Source: Chiloscyllium plagiosum (taxonomy: Eukaryota). Taken from it: DNA of 64,000 bases. A program made the translations under genes and the position numbers. Under the pieces are notes generated by a model. The model was not told the origin of the DNA. It made no database searches and saw nothing but the letters and a program-made list of their open reading frames with translations. The stretch spans positions 62,954,225 through 63,018,224 of the forward strand of contig NC_057718.1 in assembly GCF_004010195.1 (NCBI RefSeq), read 5' to 3'. This document shows positions 39,200 to 53,533 of the stretch, in pieces (position 1 is the first letter of the stretch; the number at the start of each line of letters is the position of its first letter).

Positions 39200-42100
39200 A
39201 AGTGTAAAGCATACCCTCCCCACTTTACCATCAGGGGAGAAGATGTAATCCTGGTTCAATGAAGAGTTCAGGAGGGGTTGCCAGGAGCAGCACCAAGCAT
39301 ACCTAAAAATGAGATGTCAAGCTGGTAAAGCCACAAAACAGGACAACTTGTTTGCCAAACAGTAGAAGAATAAGTTATAGGCAAACTGAAGTCTGATCCA
39401 CAACCAACAAACCAGATTTATAGAATATAGAAAAGTACAACACAGAACGGGCCCTTCGGCCCATGATGTTGTGCCGAGGATTAATCCTAATGTAAAATAA
39501 AATAATCTTACCTACGCACCCCTCAATTCACTGCTGAATATGTGCATGTCCAGCGGGTGCTTAAATGTCCCGAATGACTCTGCTTCCACCACCATCGCTG
39601 GCAACACATTCCATGCATTCACAACTCTCTACGTAAAGAACCTACCTCTGACATCTCCTCAATACCTTCCTCCTAATATCTTCAAACTATGACCTCTCGT
39701 CCCAGTCAATCCTGCCCTGGGGAAATGTCTCTAGCTATTGACTCTATCTATGCCTCTCATTACCTTGTATACCTCGATTAGGTCACCTCTCTTCCTCCTC
39801 CTCTCCAAAGAGAAAGGTCCAAGCTTAGTCAACCTCTCTTCAGGAGGCAAGCCCTCCAGTCCAGGCAGCATCCTGGTAAACCTTCTTTGCACCCTCTCCA
39901 AAGCCTCTGTATCTTTCCTATAGTAGGGTGATCAGAACTGAACACAATATTCTAAGTGTGGTCTCACCAGGGACTTGTAGAGCTGTAGCAAAACCTCGCG
40001 GCTCAAACTCGATCCCCAAAACACCATATGCTTTCTTAACCCTATCCACTTGAGTGGCAATTTTGAGGGATCTATGTACTTGAACACCAAGATCCCTCTG
40101 TTCCCCCACACTGCCAAGAATCCTGTCTTTAATCCTACATTCAGTATTCAAGTTCGACCTTCCAAACTGCATCACTTTGCATTTATCCAGGTTGAACTCC
40201 ACCTGCCATTTCTCATCCCAGCTCTGCATCCTGTCTATGTCACACTGCAGCCTGCAATAGCCCTCAATACCATCAACTGCACCTCTAACCTTTGTGTCTG
40301 CAAATTTTTTCTAACACACCCCTCAATTTCCTCATCATAGTCATTTATAAAAACTACAAACAGCAGAGGCCCAAGAACACAGCCCTGCAGGACACCACTC
40401 AACAGTGACCTCCAAGTAGAATACTTTCCATCCACAACCACTCTGCTTTCTGTCAGCCAACCAATTCTGAATCCGGATAGCCAAATTTCCCTGTATCCCA
40501 TACCTCCTGATTTTATGAATGAGCCTACCATGGGGAACCCTATCAAATGCCTTGCTTAAGTCCATATACACCACATCTACTGCTCGACCTTTGTCGACCT
40601 GTCTTGTCACCTCCTCGAAGAACTCAATAAGACTAGTTAGGCACAACCTGCCCCTCAAAGCCATGCTGACGGTCTTTAATCACACTATGCTTTTCCAAAT
40701 AGTCATAAATCCTAACCCTCAGAATTCTTTCCAAAACCTTGCAGATCACAGACGAAAGACAGACTGGTCTGTAACTGCCACGGATTTCCCTATTACTTTT
40801 CTTGAAAAGAGGAACATTCGCCTCCTTCCAATCCTCTGGTATGACTCTCGTAAAGAGTGAGGAAGCAAAGATCTTCACCAGCTGCTTAGTAACCTCCTTT
40901 CTCGCTTCCTGGAGCAATCTATGATAAATCTGGTCTGGTACTGGGGACTTATCAATCTTAAATTTCTAACACATCAATTTCATCAATCTTGATCTGTTCA
41001 AGCCCATATCCCGGCTCCTCAAAGTTCTCATTCACATTTCCTTAGTGAAAACTGAGGCAAAAAACTAATTTAGGGCTTCCCCTATCAGCTCAGACTCCAT
41101 GAACAAGCTCCCTACGCTATCCTTGATCGGCCCTACCTTGTCTCTGATCATTCTCTTATTCTTCACGTATGAGTAAAATGCCCTCGAGTCCTCCCTAATC
41201 CTTCCTACCAAGCCTTCCTCATGCCTTGCCTCAGTCCATTTCTGAGCTCCTTTCTAGAAGCCTGTAATCCTCTAAAGCTTTGCAAGATCCTTGCTTCCTC
41301 CACCTTACATAAGCTGCTTTCTTCCTTTTGACGAGAAGCTCCTCTGATCTCATCATCCAAGCCTCCTTAATCTTACCCCTACTTACCTGTCTCAGAGGAA
41401 AAAAATTCATGCATCACTCGCAACAACTGCTCCTTAAACAGTCTCCACATGTCTGCTTGCCCCTTCTTTGGAACAATTGTTCAGAGTCTGTACTTCCTAA
41501 CTCCAGTCCGATAGCATCATAATTTCCTTTTCCACATCTAAATATCTTCCCTCTAACTGCTCCTTTCCCTCTCCAACACTATGGTAAATGTGAAGCAGTT
41601 GTGGTCACTGTCACCAAAGTGTTCTCCCACCACGAGATTTGACACCTGTACTGGCTCATTGCCGAGCACCAAATACAAAATGGCCCCTCCCCTCGTCGGC
41701 CTGTCTACATACTGAGTAAGAAAACCCTCCTGAACGCACCTGACAAAAACGGCTCTATCCAAACCATCTGCACTAAGGAGGTTCCAGTCAATATTGGGAA
41801 AGTTGAAGTCACTCATAACAACCCTGCTACATCTGCATTGTTCCAAAATCTGTCGGCTTAATGGTTCTTTAGTCTCCCTACTGCTATTAGAGGGTCTGTA
41901 GAAAACCCCCAATGAGGTTGCTGCTCCTTTGCTGTTCCTCACTTCCACCCACTGACTCAATAGGCAAACCTTCCTCAACAACTTTCATTTCTGTAGCTGT
42001 GATGCACTCTCTGATTAGCAATGCTACACCCCCCTTCTCTTTTTCCCACCCTCCCTGTTCTTTTTAAACGTCCTAAACCCTGGAACATCTAGCAACCATT

Positions 42101-43810
42101 TCTGCCCCTGTGAGACCCGCGTCTCCATTATGGCCACAACATCATAGGGCATGGATCAATACTTGGGCTCAGTTCATCACTGCAATTTAATCTCTGCAGT
42201 TCTGACAAATCTAGCAGCCAATGGTGGTGGACAATTAAACAATTCATTGGAGAAGGTGGTTCCACAAGTATGTTGATCATTAATGATGGGGGAATCCAAA
42301 ACATCAGTGAAAAAGCCAATGCTGAAACATGTGCAACAATCATCAGCCAGAAATTCAAGTGTATGATCCATCTCTCTTTCCATCAGAGGTCCATGCATCT
42401 CAGATGCCAGTGTTCAATCAATTCAAGTGACTCCACATGATACTAAAAACAGGCAAAAGGTATTGGATACTGCAAAAGCTATAGACCCTGACAATATTTC
42501 AGTAGTGTACTGAAGACTTGTGACCAGATTTTGCCACATCCCTAGCCAAGCTATTCCAGTATGTTCACACCACTGGCATCTACCCAGTAAAACTTGGAAA
42601 ATTACCAAGGTATGTCTCTTCCACAAAAAAAGCAGCAAAAATCCATCCTGGCAAATTGCCACCCCATCAGTCTATTCACTAACATCAGCAAAGTGATGGA
42701 ATGGGTCATCAGCAGTGTTAGCTCGTTTTCAGGTCTGCCAAGACTATACAGTTCTGAACTCATTATAGCCTTCGTTGAAACATGGACAAAAGAGCTGAAT
42801 TCCAGTGTTTAATATTAAAGCATTTGGCATCAAGAGGCCCCTAGCAAAACTGGAGTCAATGAGAGTCAGGTGAAAACCTCTATGCAAGTTGAAGTCACAC
42901 CCATCACAAAGGAAGATGGATAGTGGTTAGTGAAGAACAATCATCTCAGGTCCAGGGCAGCTCTGACAGAATTCCTCAGGGAAATGCTCTAGTAGTGCCT
43001 AGGCCAAAACAGCTTCAGCTGTTTCATCAATGACTTCCCCTCCCTTATAAAAAGATCAGAAGTGGCAAGGTGCACTTGATTGCACAATGTTCATTCACCA
43101 TTCATGTCAACTCAGATGCTGAAGTAGTACCTGCCCAAAATGTAAGAAGACCTGGACAATATCCAGGCTTAGGTTAACATTTAACATGCCACACAAGAGC
43201 TATGCAATGACCATCTGAAATGAAAGAATCTAACTTCACTTGACGTTCAATAGAATTACCTTTTTTGAATACCCCACTATCTACATTCTGGCAAAAACTC
43301 AATTGGACCAGCCACATAAATACTGTGGCTACAAGAGCAGGTTAGAGGCTAGAATTAAGAACTAATTTCCCAACTCTCCAAAGCCTGTGTACAAGTCACA
43401 AGTTCCAGACGATGAAGTATTCCCCATTTGCCCAGATGCACATCTCCAACAAATACTCAATAAGCTTCATAACATTTAGGAGTTGCTGGAGTTCACATTT
43501 ACAAACATTCAATTCTTGCATCACTGATACTCATTTGCAGCAGTGTCTACAACATGCACTACAGAAATTCAGCAACACTCCTTGGACAGCACTTTCCAAA
43601 GCCTACAACCAGCAACTTTGGAACACCACCAGTTCCCAACCAAGCCTCAGACTTGGAGCAATATCAGTATTCCTTTACTGCAAGCTGGTTCAAAATTCTC
43701 GAACTCCCTCGCAATACCAGGTGGGCTACAGTGATTTAAGAAGGCAGCTCACTACCATATTCTCAAGGGTAACTAGTCATGGGTAATAAGATACTGGTGA
43801 GGTAGCAAAG
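39200..43810 (+). mobile_element. Older non-LTR element (L2/CR1-group; same family as 55850-56340), split by the CR1 insertion at 39420-42185
   Basis: RT-like ANCHPISLFTNISKVMEWVI at ~42650-42710. Its 3' part (~43540-43650) is the reverse complement of ~56100-56200. Continuity across the insertion is inferred. Confidence 0.6.
39420..42185 (-). mobile_element. Near full-length CR1 ORF2 pseudogene (APE plus RT)
   Basis: GVFYRPSNS, VMSDFNFPNIDW, GDSDHN, YRPVCLSSVICKVLE, CLTSLIEFFEEVT, VDVVYMDLSKAFDRVPH, LGPLLFVVFIND. Multiple frameshifts. 3' tail at ~39420-39480. Confidence 0.92.
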
Positions 43811-44029
43811 TCCAGCGCCCTGAATTAATTAAAACATACTCTACAATTTAAGATAGATGAACTTGTGGTACAAATAGTGATAAATGGTTTAGATTTAATC
43901 ATCCACACAGAAACATGGTGACAAAGGTGACCAAAGTTGGGAAATAAGTAGTATAGGGGACACACATTTTTACAGAAAGGCAGCAAGGCAATGTCGAAGA
44001 AATCATCCTGACAACAAAAGGATGGTGGT

Positions 44030-47000
44030 GAACATAAGAACTAGGAGCTGAAGTAGACAATCCAGTTCCTTGAGTCTATATTTCATTCAATACAACTATG
44101 GCTAATCTCATCTGTCTCAACTCCACTTTCCTGCCTGCTCTCCACAGCTCTTTAACACATTACTAATTTTTTAAAAAATCTATTTCCTCAATGTTATTCA
44201 ATGTCCTGGCATCCACAATGCTCTGGTGTAGTGAATTCCACAGATTCATTACCCTGTGTGAGAAGCAATTCCTTTTCTCTCCATTTTAAATCTGCTACCC
44301 TTCATCCTAAAACCATGACATCTCATTCTACATGCGAGAACAACCCTTTCTACATTTACTTCATCAATTCAGTTTAGCATCTTATATACCTCGACTTGAT
44401 CTCCTCTTATTCACAGAAACATACAGCATGGGAACAGACCCTTCAGTCCAATGCTGACCATAATCCCAAACTAAATTAGTCCTACCTGCACTTGACCCAT
44501 ATCCCTCCAAACATTTCTTATTCACATACTTATCTAAATGTCTTTTAAACGTTGACTGTATTCACATCCACCACTGTAAAAAAAAAATTGCCCCATAAGT
44601 CGTTTTAAAATCTTTCTCCTCTCATCTTAAAAATGTCCTAGTCTTGATATCCCCCATCCTAGACAAAAGACACCTGGCATTCACCTTATCATGATTTTAT
44701 AAACCTCTTTAAGGTCACCTCAAGTGCCCATGCTCCATCGAAAAAAAGTCCCAGCCTATCCAGCCTCTCCTTATAACTCAAACCTTCCATTCCAAGCAAC
44801 ATCCTGGCAAAAAATCTGTTCTCAATTCTCTCTATCTTAATAATCTCCTTATTATCGGGTGACCAGAACTGGACACAGTACTCCAGAAGAAGCCTCATCA
44901 ATGTCCTGTACAACTTCAACATAGCACCCAAACTCCTTTTACTCAAAAGGTCTGAGTAATGAAGACAAGTGTGCTAAACACTTTCTTAACCACCTTATCT
45001 ATTTGTGATAGAAACTTCAAGAATTGTGTACCTCAATCCCTAGGTCTCTATTCTCCAACACTACCAAAAGCCCCTGTTTGTTTTACAAAAATCCAATACC
45101 TCACATTTATCCAAACTAAATTCCATTGGCCAAGATCTCTTAGCCAGTGAAGATAACCTTCTTCACTGTCCACTATACCACAAATCTTGGTGTCATCCAC
45201 AAACTTAGTAACCAAGCCTCTTATATTCTCACCCAAAATCATTTTTATAAATGACAAACAAAAGTGGACCCAGCACTGATCCCGGTGGAACACTGCCGGT
45301 CACAAGCCTCCATTCCAAAAAACAGCTCTCCACCATCACTGTCTCTTGCTGTTAAGCCAATTTTAGATCCAATTAGCAAGTTTGACCCCGAATCTCACAT
45401 GATATACCTTTAGTAATTAGTTTATCATGCAAAACCTTGTCAAAGTCTTCATTAAAGTCCAAGTAAACAAAGTCCAAGTAACCACTCTGCCAACAATCTT
45501 CTTGGCTACTTGTTCAAAAAACTCAAATTAGCTTTGTGTGACACAATTTCCTTTGCACAAAACCATGCTAACTATCCTTAATCATTCCTTACCTCTCCAA
45601 ATGCATATAAATCCTATATTTCAGAATCACTTCAAACAACTCCCCACCACCAAATTCAGACTCGCAGGTCCATAGTTCTCAGGCCTCTCATTACATCCCT
45701 TCTTACACAGAATGACAACATTAGCCACCACTCTCCAGCCATCCAGCACTTCACCATATTTATAGATGATACAAATATTTCGGCAAGGGGCCATGTAATT
45801 TCCTCCCTAAATTCTCACAAAGTCCTGGGATACACGAAATCAAGTCCCAGAGATGTATCCACCTTTATATTTTCTGAAACCTACTCTTCTGTAATGTGAA
45901 TAGGTTTCAAAATATCAATATTTATTTCCCCGACTTCTCTAGCCTCCATTTCTTTCTCCACAGTAAAAACAGGTATAAAATATTCATTTAATATCTCTCC
46001 CATCTCCTGAAGTTCAACACAAAGATGACTTCTTTGATCTTTAAGGGGCACTGCTCTCTCTTTCTAGTGACTCTGACTCTTAATATACTTGTAGAATCTC
46101 TTTAGATTAGCCTTATTTGTCAAGGCTAAGGCCGTCTCATATCCTCTCTTCGCCTTCCTGATCCCCCTCTTAAATAATGCCTTTACACACTTTATACTGT
46201 TGAAGAGATTAATTTGAATCCAGTTGTTTATATCTAATATAGGATTCTATTTTTATTCTTGACTAAAACCTCTATTTTTATTCATCCATTGTTCTTTAAA
46301 TCCTACTTGGTCTTATTTTTCCATTAGAATGAAAAGACAACAGTTCTGAAGTCTCATTATTACACTTTTGAAAGCCTCCCACTTATCAGACGTCCTTTTA
46401 CCTGCCAATCAATTTTAGAAATTGTCTTATACCATTAAAATTTGTCTAACAAATTTAAAACATTAACTTTTATGAAAAGTTTATCCTTTTCCATAACTGT
46501 TTTAAAACAAATAGAATAATGATCACTTGATCCAAAGTGCTCCCCCACTTTCACTTCAGTCACTTGTCAGTTTTATTACCAAAAATGTGGTCACATTTTG
46601 CTCCTTCTCTAGTCAGAACATTTACATATTGATGAAGAAAATTCTCTTGAACACATTTAACAAATTCTTCACCTTCCAAACCTTTAATTCTATGGTAGTC
46701 CCAGTCAATGTCTGGAAAATTAAAATCACCTACTATTACAACTTACTATTCTTACATCTCGGAGAGATCTTGACATATTGGCTCCTCAATTTCCTTCTGA
46801 TTATTGGGGGTCTATAGTGATCAAGGTGATCATTCCTTTTTTTTATTTCTAATTTCAACTCGTTTTCACTGGACTATTTTTCAGAAATATCTTCTCTAGT
46901 TACAGCAGTAATGTTTTCCTGAATCAAAAATACCACTCCCCCTTCTCTTTGACTTCTCTTTCTACCCTTCCATAGCATCTGAAACCCAGAATATTGAGCT

Positions 47001-47850
47001 CCTGACCATCCTTCAGCCAAGTTTCGGTGATAGCTATCCTATCCCAATCCCATGTTCCCAAGCATGCCAAGTTCATCAGCTTTACCATAGACCCCTTGCA
47101 TTGCAACAAATGCAGTTTATTGCTTCAGTGTTACTTTGTTCTCTGACTTGTTCTGGTCTGTCATTTCTAATTAACTTGTATTTTCAGATTCAAAGCCATC
47201 CTCATCCATTTATTTTGCTAGTTATGCCCCAAAGAGATCTCAATGATCGAAAAACCCAAATCCCTGAACATTGTACCAACTCTTTAGCCAATGATTCACC
47301 TCCTTTATTCTTTCCTTCATTCAAGCTCGAGACCAGAAGTAAACCAGGAGATGACTACTCTTGATAATAATTATATATTCACTCTGTAAAGTCTTAACCC
47401 TTTCCCTATGTCATTCCTATCAATGTGCACAATAATTTCAGATTTCTCATTCTCCCCTTTGACAATTGCTTCAAACTTTGAGACATCCTTAACCGTAGCA
47501 CCAGGAAAACAACACACCATCATAGGAAATTCTATGACAGTGAATGTGAATCTATGTTCCTGACAGTAGAATCCTCTATTACAAATTATTCTATTACATT
47601 TTGTCAAACCCCACCTAACATAAGCTTCATTTTTAGTGCCCAAGATCTGACTGCCTCTTCTATTTTCCTTAGAGGCTAACCTTTTCAGCAGTCCCCAAAA
47701 TGTTGTATTTGTTTGAGAGAAGAATAGCCACTAGGGGAGATAGGAGACCTCTAAACTACCTTCTCACTTTCCTGAGTCAGTCAGTCATTCATCTATCTGA
47801 CTGATCCTACTGTGTTATCACTTCTCTAAATCTACTAGCCATCTAAGTCT
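44030..47850 (-). mobile_element. Stacked decayed CR1 LINEs, including an ORF1 esterase remnant at ~47400-47530
   Basis: LYRTLMRLLLEYCVQFWSP, TKFVDDTK, IAITETWL, and CCFPGATVKDVS...IIVHIDRNDIGK (SGNH-esterase-like CR1 ORF1). Confidence 0.8.
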
Positions 47851-48284
47851 ACATGTCTTGTATGCCCTCAATAACATTTGGCCTACAAGGAAGCAACTTA
47901 CAACAGCACCTTATATATGAAGTAAACCATCTTTCCTTACCAAAGACCTAATATTAAGCATGCAAAAAAAAACTCTTAAATAAAATCAGCCACTTAGTTG
48001 AACAATCATTTTTTTTTTCCAAAACATTGTTCCTCAAGTGGTCCAGCAGACAGCTTTCAAACTTCTGACCAAAACAAAACTCACTCCAGAGCCATCCATG
48101 TGTAGGCCTCTCCAGAAGTTCCGTAAACATAACTGTTTTAAAAAAAAACTCCTCCGCAATTTAAAAAAAATTCTTCTAAGTGTATAATTCTACATGTTAA
48201 CAGAATTCAGTTTGAAAAAAACATGCACGTTTGCATTTTTGATTATAAAAGAGCCAAAAAATGATTCAAAATAAAAATCTTATA

Positions 48285-48619
48285 CAGGTTGACAACCCTT
48301 TATCAGAAATCCGAAAAGCTCCAAAGTCCAAAGGCTGTTTTGTGAAGTGCTTTTCTCATTAACAAGGCTGTTTGGCACACAAACAGTTAACCCAAGTCAA
48401 CACCCACTTGATGCGTGCCACTCAGATGCAACATGGGTGGGCGTGGCCCAGCACTGACAGGCCTCAATTCTGTCTCAAGGTCCATTTTACTCTGAGTCTA
48501 CTCTTCCACTAAGATTTTTTTAAATTTCACCAAACTATCAATTACTCGGAAATTTGAAAAATTCTGATTTCCGACAACCAGCTGGTCCCGAGTATTTCAG
48601 ATAAAGGATTGAGCACCTA
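48285..48619. mobile_element. Tigger/pogo-derived MITE related to the element at 56923-59361
   Basis: Ends TA|CAGGTTGACAACCCTTTATC and GATAAAGGATTGAGCACCTA|TA. Shares subterminal blocks with the Tigger. Confidence 0.75.
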
Positions 48620-48884
48620 TACTACTGAAATGTAACAGCTGTAAGAAATCTTGAAGTATAGAAATAAGCCTGAATCTCAGGAGCAGTTGCATGATCCACA
48701 CGATTCTCAGTCCACCATTTCTTCTAACACCAGAAACTATAGGTCTAAACTGCTCAACTTCCTTTCATAAGATCAAACCTTAGTCTCTGGAATAAATGTA
48801 ACAAACCTTCCTTGAACAGCCTTCAGTGCAACTACATCCCTTCTCATTGTTGTGGTTCAGTTTGCCGAGCTGGGAATTTGTGTT

Positions 48885-48924
48885 GCAGACGTTTCATCCC
48901 CTGTCTAGATGATATCCTCAGTGC
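48885..48924 (-). ncRNA. Hammerhead ribozyme motif (family C) on the USP34 sense strand
   Basis: GCA-CUGAGGA-U-AUCAUCU(AGAC)AGGGGAU-GAAA-CGUC-UGC. Core intact; stem II changes (G-C to A-U, C-G to U-G) retain pairing. Confidence 0.62.
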
Positions 48925-49356
48925 TTGGGAGCCTCCTGTGAAGTGCTTCTGTGATCTTTCCTCCGGCGTTTATAGTGGTTTGAATCTGCCGCTTCCAGTT
49001 GTCAGTTCCAGCTGTCCGTTGCAGTGGCCGGTATATTGGGTCCAGGTCGATGTGCTTGTTGATTGAATCAGTGGATGAGTGCCATGCCTCTAGGAATTCC
49101 CTGGCTGTTCTCTGTTTGGCTTGTCCTAGGATAGTAGTGTTGTCCCAGTCAAACTCATGTTGCTTGTCTAGGAATTTCAGAGAATTCCTAGAGGCATGGC
49201 ACTCATCCACAGATTCAATCAACAAGCACATCGACCTGGACCCAATATACCAGCCACTGCAGCGGACAGCTGGAACTGACAACCGGAAACGGCAGATACA
49301 AATCACTATAAATGCTGGAGGAAACACCACAGAAGCGCTTCACAGGAGGCTCCCAA

Positions 49357-49396
49357 GCACTGAGGATGTCACCTAGACAGGGGACGAAACGTCTGC
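49357..49396 (+). ncRNA. Hammerhead ribozyme motif (PLE family C, longer stem II)
   Basis: GCA-CUGAGGA-U-GUCACCU(AGAC)AGGGGAC-GAAA-CGUC-UGC. Stem I GCA/UGC, GUC triplet. Confidence 0.7.
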
Positions 49397-49739
49397 AACA
49401 CAAATTCCCAGCTCGGCGAACAGAACCACAACAACGAGCACCTGAGCTACAAATCTTCGCACAAACTTTGAACATCCCTTCTCAAGTACAGAAACTAAAA
49501 CTGTATGCAATACTCCAGGTGCAGTCTCACTAATATTTTGGACAGTTACAGCAACACTCCCTCATTTTCATTCTCTACTCTTTTAGTGATAAATGCAAAA
49601 ATTCCATTTTGCCTTCCTAATTACTTTTAGTCAGAAAAGACGTGCCCCAGATCAGGCCGAGTCAGAATGAACATAGGTTAGATGAGAAATTACAATGGTC
49701 TAGAAATACAAATGGGAGTACTTTAAATATTCCAACAAC

Positions 49740-52700
49740 AGCAGTGTCATTGAACAAACAAATAAACAGATGGAGCTTAATCAAAGAGTGTAATAATGGT
49801 GGGGGGCGTTAATCTTCATATTGTCTGACCCAATCAAATTAAGGTAGTCGAGAAAATGCATTTATGAAATATTCTTGCAACATTTCCTGGAACAATACAT
49901 TATGGAAACAAAGAAAGATAAATCTAATTCAGAACTAATATTATGTAATGAGAATGGGTTAATTTGTAATTGCACAGTAAAATGATCCATGAGAAGACAT
50001 CTTGTTACCACAACGCAATTCAATATCATATTAAGTTTGAACGCAACATACTCAAGCCCAAACAAGAATCTTAAACCTAAACAAAGCAGGGTGGGATGGC
50101 AGACCACAGTGGCTAGCAATGCTGCCTCACAACATCAGGACCCAGGTTAGATTTGTGCCTTGCGTGACTGTCTGTGTGGAGTTTACACATTATCCCCATG
50201 TCTGCTTGGGTTTCCTCCTTCAATCCAAAAGATATGCAGGTGAGGTGAACTGGCCATGTTAAATTGCCCAGTGTTAGGTGCATTAGTCAGGGGTAAATAT
50301 AGGGTAAGGGAATGGGTCTGGGTGGGTTACTCTTCAGAGGGCCGGAGTTGTTTGGGCCTAAGGGCCTGTTTCCATACTGTAAGGAAGCTAATCTAATCTA
50401 AAAGCTAGTTACAGAGGTAGAGGGGAAGGTCACTAAAGTTGACTAGGTAAGTAAATGAAAAAGGTATGACAATGAATAAACAGTGGAACTTTTTTCAAGA
50501 AACAATTAAAAGAAGTGTTCAATAAAAATACATACTAATAAAAAACTCAGCAAAAAAGAAATAATAATTGATTGATCTACAGCTTAAACAAAGTTAAGGA
50601 TAGTAATAAAAAGACTTAAAACGTTGCTAAATATATGTCTAACTATGAGGATTGAGAGTCCTATAGAAACCAGCTAAGAGCCAACAAATAAATAGTGGAT
50701 ATACAGGAAAAGAAATAAAGGGTATGACAGCAAGCTAGTCAGGAATATAAAAACAGATCCTAATAGCTTTTACAAGTATATAAAAAGATGCGTTGTTAAA
50801 GTAAAAAGGTCTGTCGCTTAGGGGCAGAAACAGCAGAGAATCATGGGGAAAAAGAAAATGGCAAAAACATGGGCAAATATTGTATACGTCTGCCTTCACA
50901 GTGAAAGACACAAATTACACACCAGAAAGTGTGTGTAAGGAGCTAATAGAAGAGGGACAGATACATAAAATAGTTAATATTAGTGAAAACTTAGAGAAAA
51001 TTTAAAGAATTAAACCCTAACCCAGGATATGACAGTCCACATATTAGGATTCTAAAAAAAGGTAGCTGCAGAGATAGTCAACATACTGATTATTATTTTC
51101 CAAAATTGCCTAGATTCTATAACAGTCCCATGAATTTGAAGTGTGTAGAGGTAACATCGCTATTCGATCAAGGAAGGGAGAGAACACAGGGAACTACAAG
51201 CCAATTAGTCAGACGTCAGTCACTGGGTAAAGTCCAAAATTTATTAAAGAAGTCTCAACAACTCACAAAGAAAATCTTGTCAGAATCATCAAATTTAACA
51301 TGACTTTACAAACGGGAAATTACGTTTATGAAATTAATTCAGAGTTATTTCAAAGATGTAATTCGTAGGTTAGATTCATGGGATCCAGTAGGTGCAGTTT
51401 AGGTAACACATCACGGGGATTTAGATAGGCTAAACGAATGATGAAAATGGAATTATAATATGGAAAAATGTGAAGTTATTCTCCTTGGTGGGAAGAACTG
51501 AAATGCAGGATGTGTCTTAAAATGAATAAAGTTTAGAAGTGTTAATATCTAAAGGTGACTTGGGTGTCCTTATTCATAAATAACTGGAAGTATGCAGGTG
51601 CAGCAAATAAATTAAGAAAACAAATGATATATGGTCTTTATTACAAAAGAAATACTGGAGTTAAAAAAAAAGTCTTGTTGCAATTGTATGTACCATGGTA
51701 CAGAGACACCATGAGATGTGATTTGATTGAAGCATACAAATTTCCCACTGAGCTCAGCAGGGTTAATGCAGGAAGGATGATCCATGTGATGGCATCAAGG
51801 AGTCTACAGAGGACAGGCTCAAAATAAAAGAGGTATACTATTTAGCATTAAGAGGAGGAAGTTTTTTTTTTAATTCTGAAGATGGTGAATGTTCGCAATT
51901 CTCTACTGCATCAGGCTATGGAGACTCAGTCAGTGGGTATATTCAAGACAGACTGATATATTTCCATTTATTAAAGATATTGAGGGATATGGAAATAGTG
52001 CAAAAACATAAGTGTGAGGTATATTGGCCATGATGTGGCTCAAGGAGCCAAAAGGCTACAGCTCCTATGTGTTACATTTCTATTTTGGGATTTCAAAAAG
52101 GCATTTGATAAGGGGGTCTCACCAAACAAGGGGTCATGGGGTTAAGGGCAACAAATTTCCATGGAAAGAGGATTTGTTAACTGCTGGCAAGTAGGAATAA
52201 ACAGGGCATTTTCAGTTTGGAGGCTGTGATTAGTGAGTCTTCAGATGATGTTTACAGTTTACTTGAAATACCTAAACCAAAGGACAGAGGGAAACATATC
52301 TAAATTTGCTGACATTGCAAAGCTGCATGAGAATATAAGGTGTGCAGACAAATTGAGGCTGCAGAGACAGAGACAGACAGATAGGTTAAGTGAATAAGCA
52401 ACAACTAAGCATAATGCAGAGAAGTAACAGATTATTCACTTCGGTAGTAAAAATAAAAAAGCCAACTTTTTTTTAGAACGATGAATGTTGCTGTTTAGAG
52501 ATCTAGGGTATATACTTACAAGAAGCATAGAATATTAGCGTGTAAATGCAGCAGGAAAGCAAATGGCATATTCACCTTTTAATGCCAAATGACTGAATTG
52601 AGAAGCCCTGCTAAAATTGAACAGGAGTTTGATCAACTATTGTGTACGGCTTTGATCTCCCTATCTAAGAAGTGTAGTTAGCTCCTGGGCTGAGGGAGCT

Positions 52701-53470
52701 GTCCCAGGTCAGGTTGCAAAATAAATCCAACCTGTGCTGTCTGGAAATTGGAAGAGTAAGAGTTGATTCCATTGAAACACAATAGATTCTGAAAGGGCTG
52801 ACCAGGTGACCATAAGAGGCAGATTATTTAAGACTTCGAAGAGAAATTTATTTGTTCAAAAATTTGTGAATCTTTGAAATCTCTACCTCAGAGGTTTATA
52901 CATACTTCATTGTTGAATATAACAACCAGACAGACTGACTTTTGTTTCATGGAATCAAGAAATCTGGAAGCAAACAAGAAAGTGCAGCCAAGACTAAATG
53001 TAAATCATGATTGTAATGAACAGAGGAGCAGGTTCAAGCAGTTGCTGGTCTACCACTTTTTTTAAAAACGTTCTGTGTCTCTGTATGTCTCAGAGTTTAG
53101 AAGGATGAGAGGAAATATAATTGAGGCATACAAAATGTTAAAAAGTGAGTTGATAAAGTAAACACAAAAGGGGATGCTTCCTCTGTGGGACAATTTAGAA
53201 TGATAAATCATAGTTTTAGGCCAAGGGTGGCAGTCTTGAAACAGAGAGGAGGAGAAATTACTTCTCTCAAAAGGGGAATTCAGTAAAATAGTAGAATTCA
53301 CTACCCCAAAGTGCAGGGGACATCAGGATACTGAATAAATTTGAGGAGACAGACAGATGTACAATTAGTAATGAGTTAAAGAGTTTATAGGAAGCAGGCA
53401 GGAAAGTGGAGTTCAAGTCAAGGGGAGATCAGCGAAGAAGGCTCAAGGGGCTAAATTGTCTACTCCTTTT
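49740..53470 (+). mobile_element. Cluster of heavily decayed CR1 fragments, interrupted by the SINE at 50098-50400
   Basis: Recurring CR1 ORF2 remnants (gattttcaaaaaggcatttgataag, tctaaatttgctgac, MRCDLIEAYK) and several 3' tails. Confidence 0.65.
50098..50400 (+). mobile_element. tRNA-derived V-SINE (HE1-like)
   Basis: Same family as 15183-15475; ends ctaatctaatcta. Confidence 0.85.
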
Positions 53471-53533
53471 ACTTGTTAACAGAAAACATAAATGTTATTA
53501 CAAAGTCATTCTATAAATAGAAAGTAAACATAC

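Larger units (their letters stand above)
48847..49471. mobile_element. PLE family C fold-back insertion (GIY-YIG C-terminus plus terminal repeat) with 253-bp inverted arms and 13-bp TSD, inside a CR1 fragment
   Basis: Arms 48847-49099 and 49182-49434. Encodes HEFDWDNTTILGQAKQRTAREFLEAWHSSTDSINKHIDLDPIY. TSD ACATCCCTTCTCA at 48834-48846 and 49472-49484. Confidence 0.9.
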
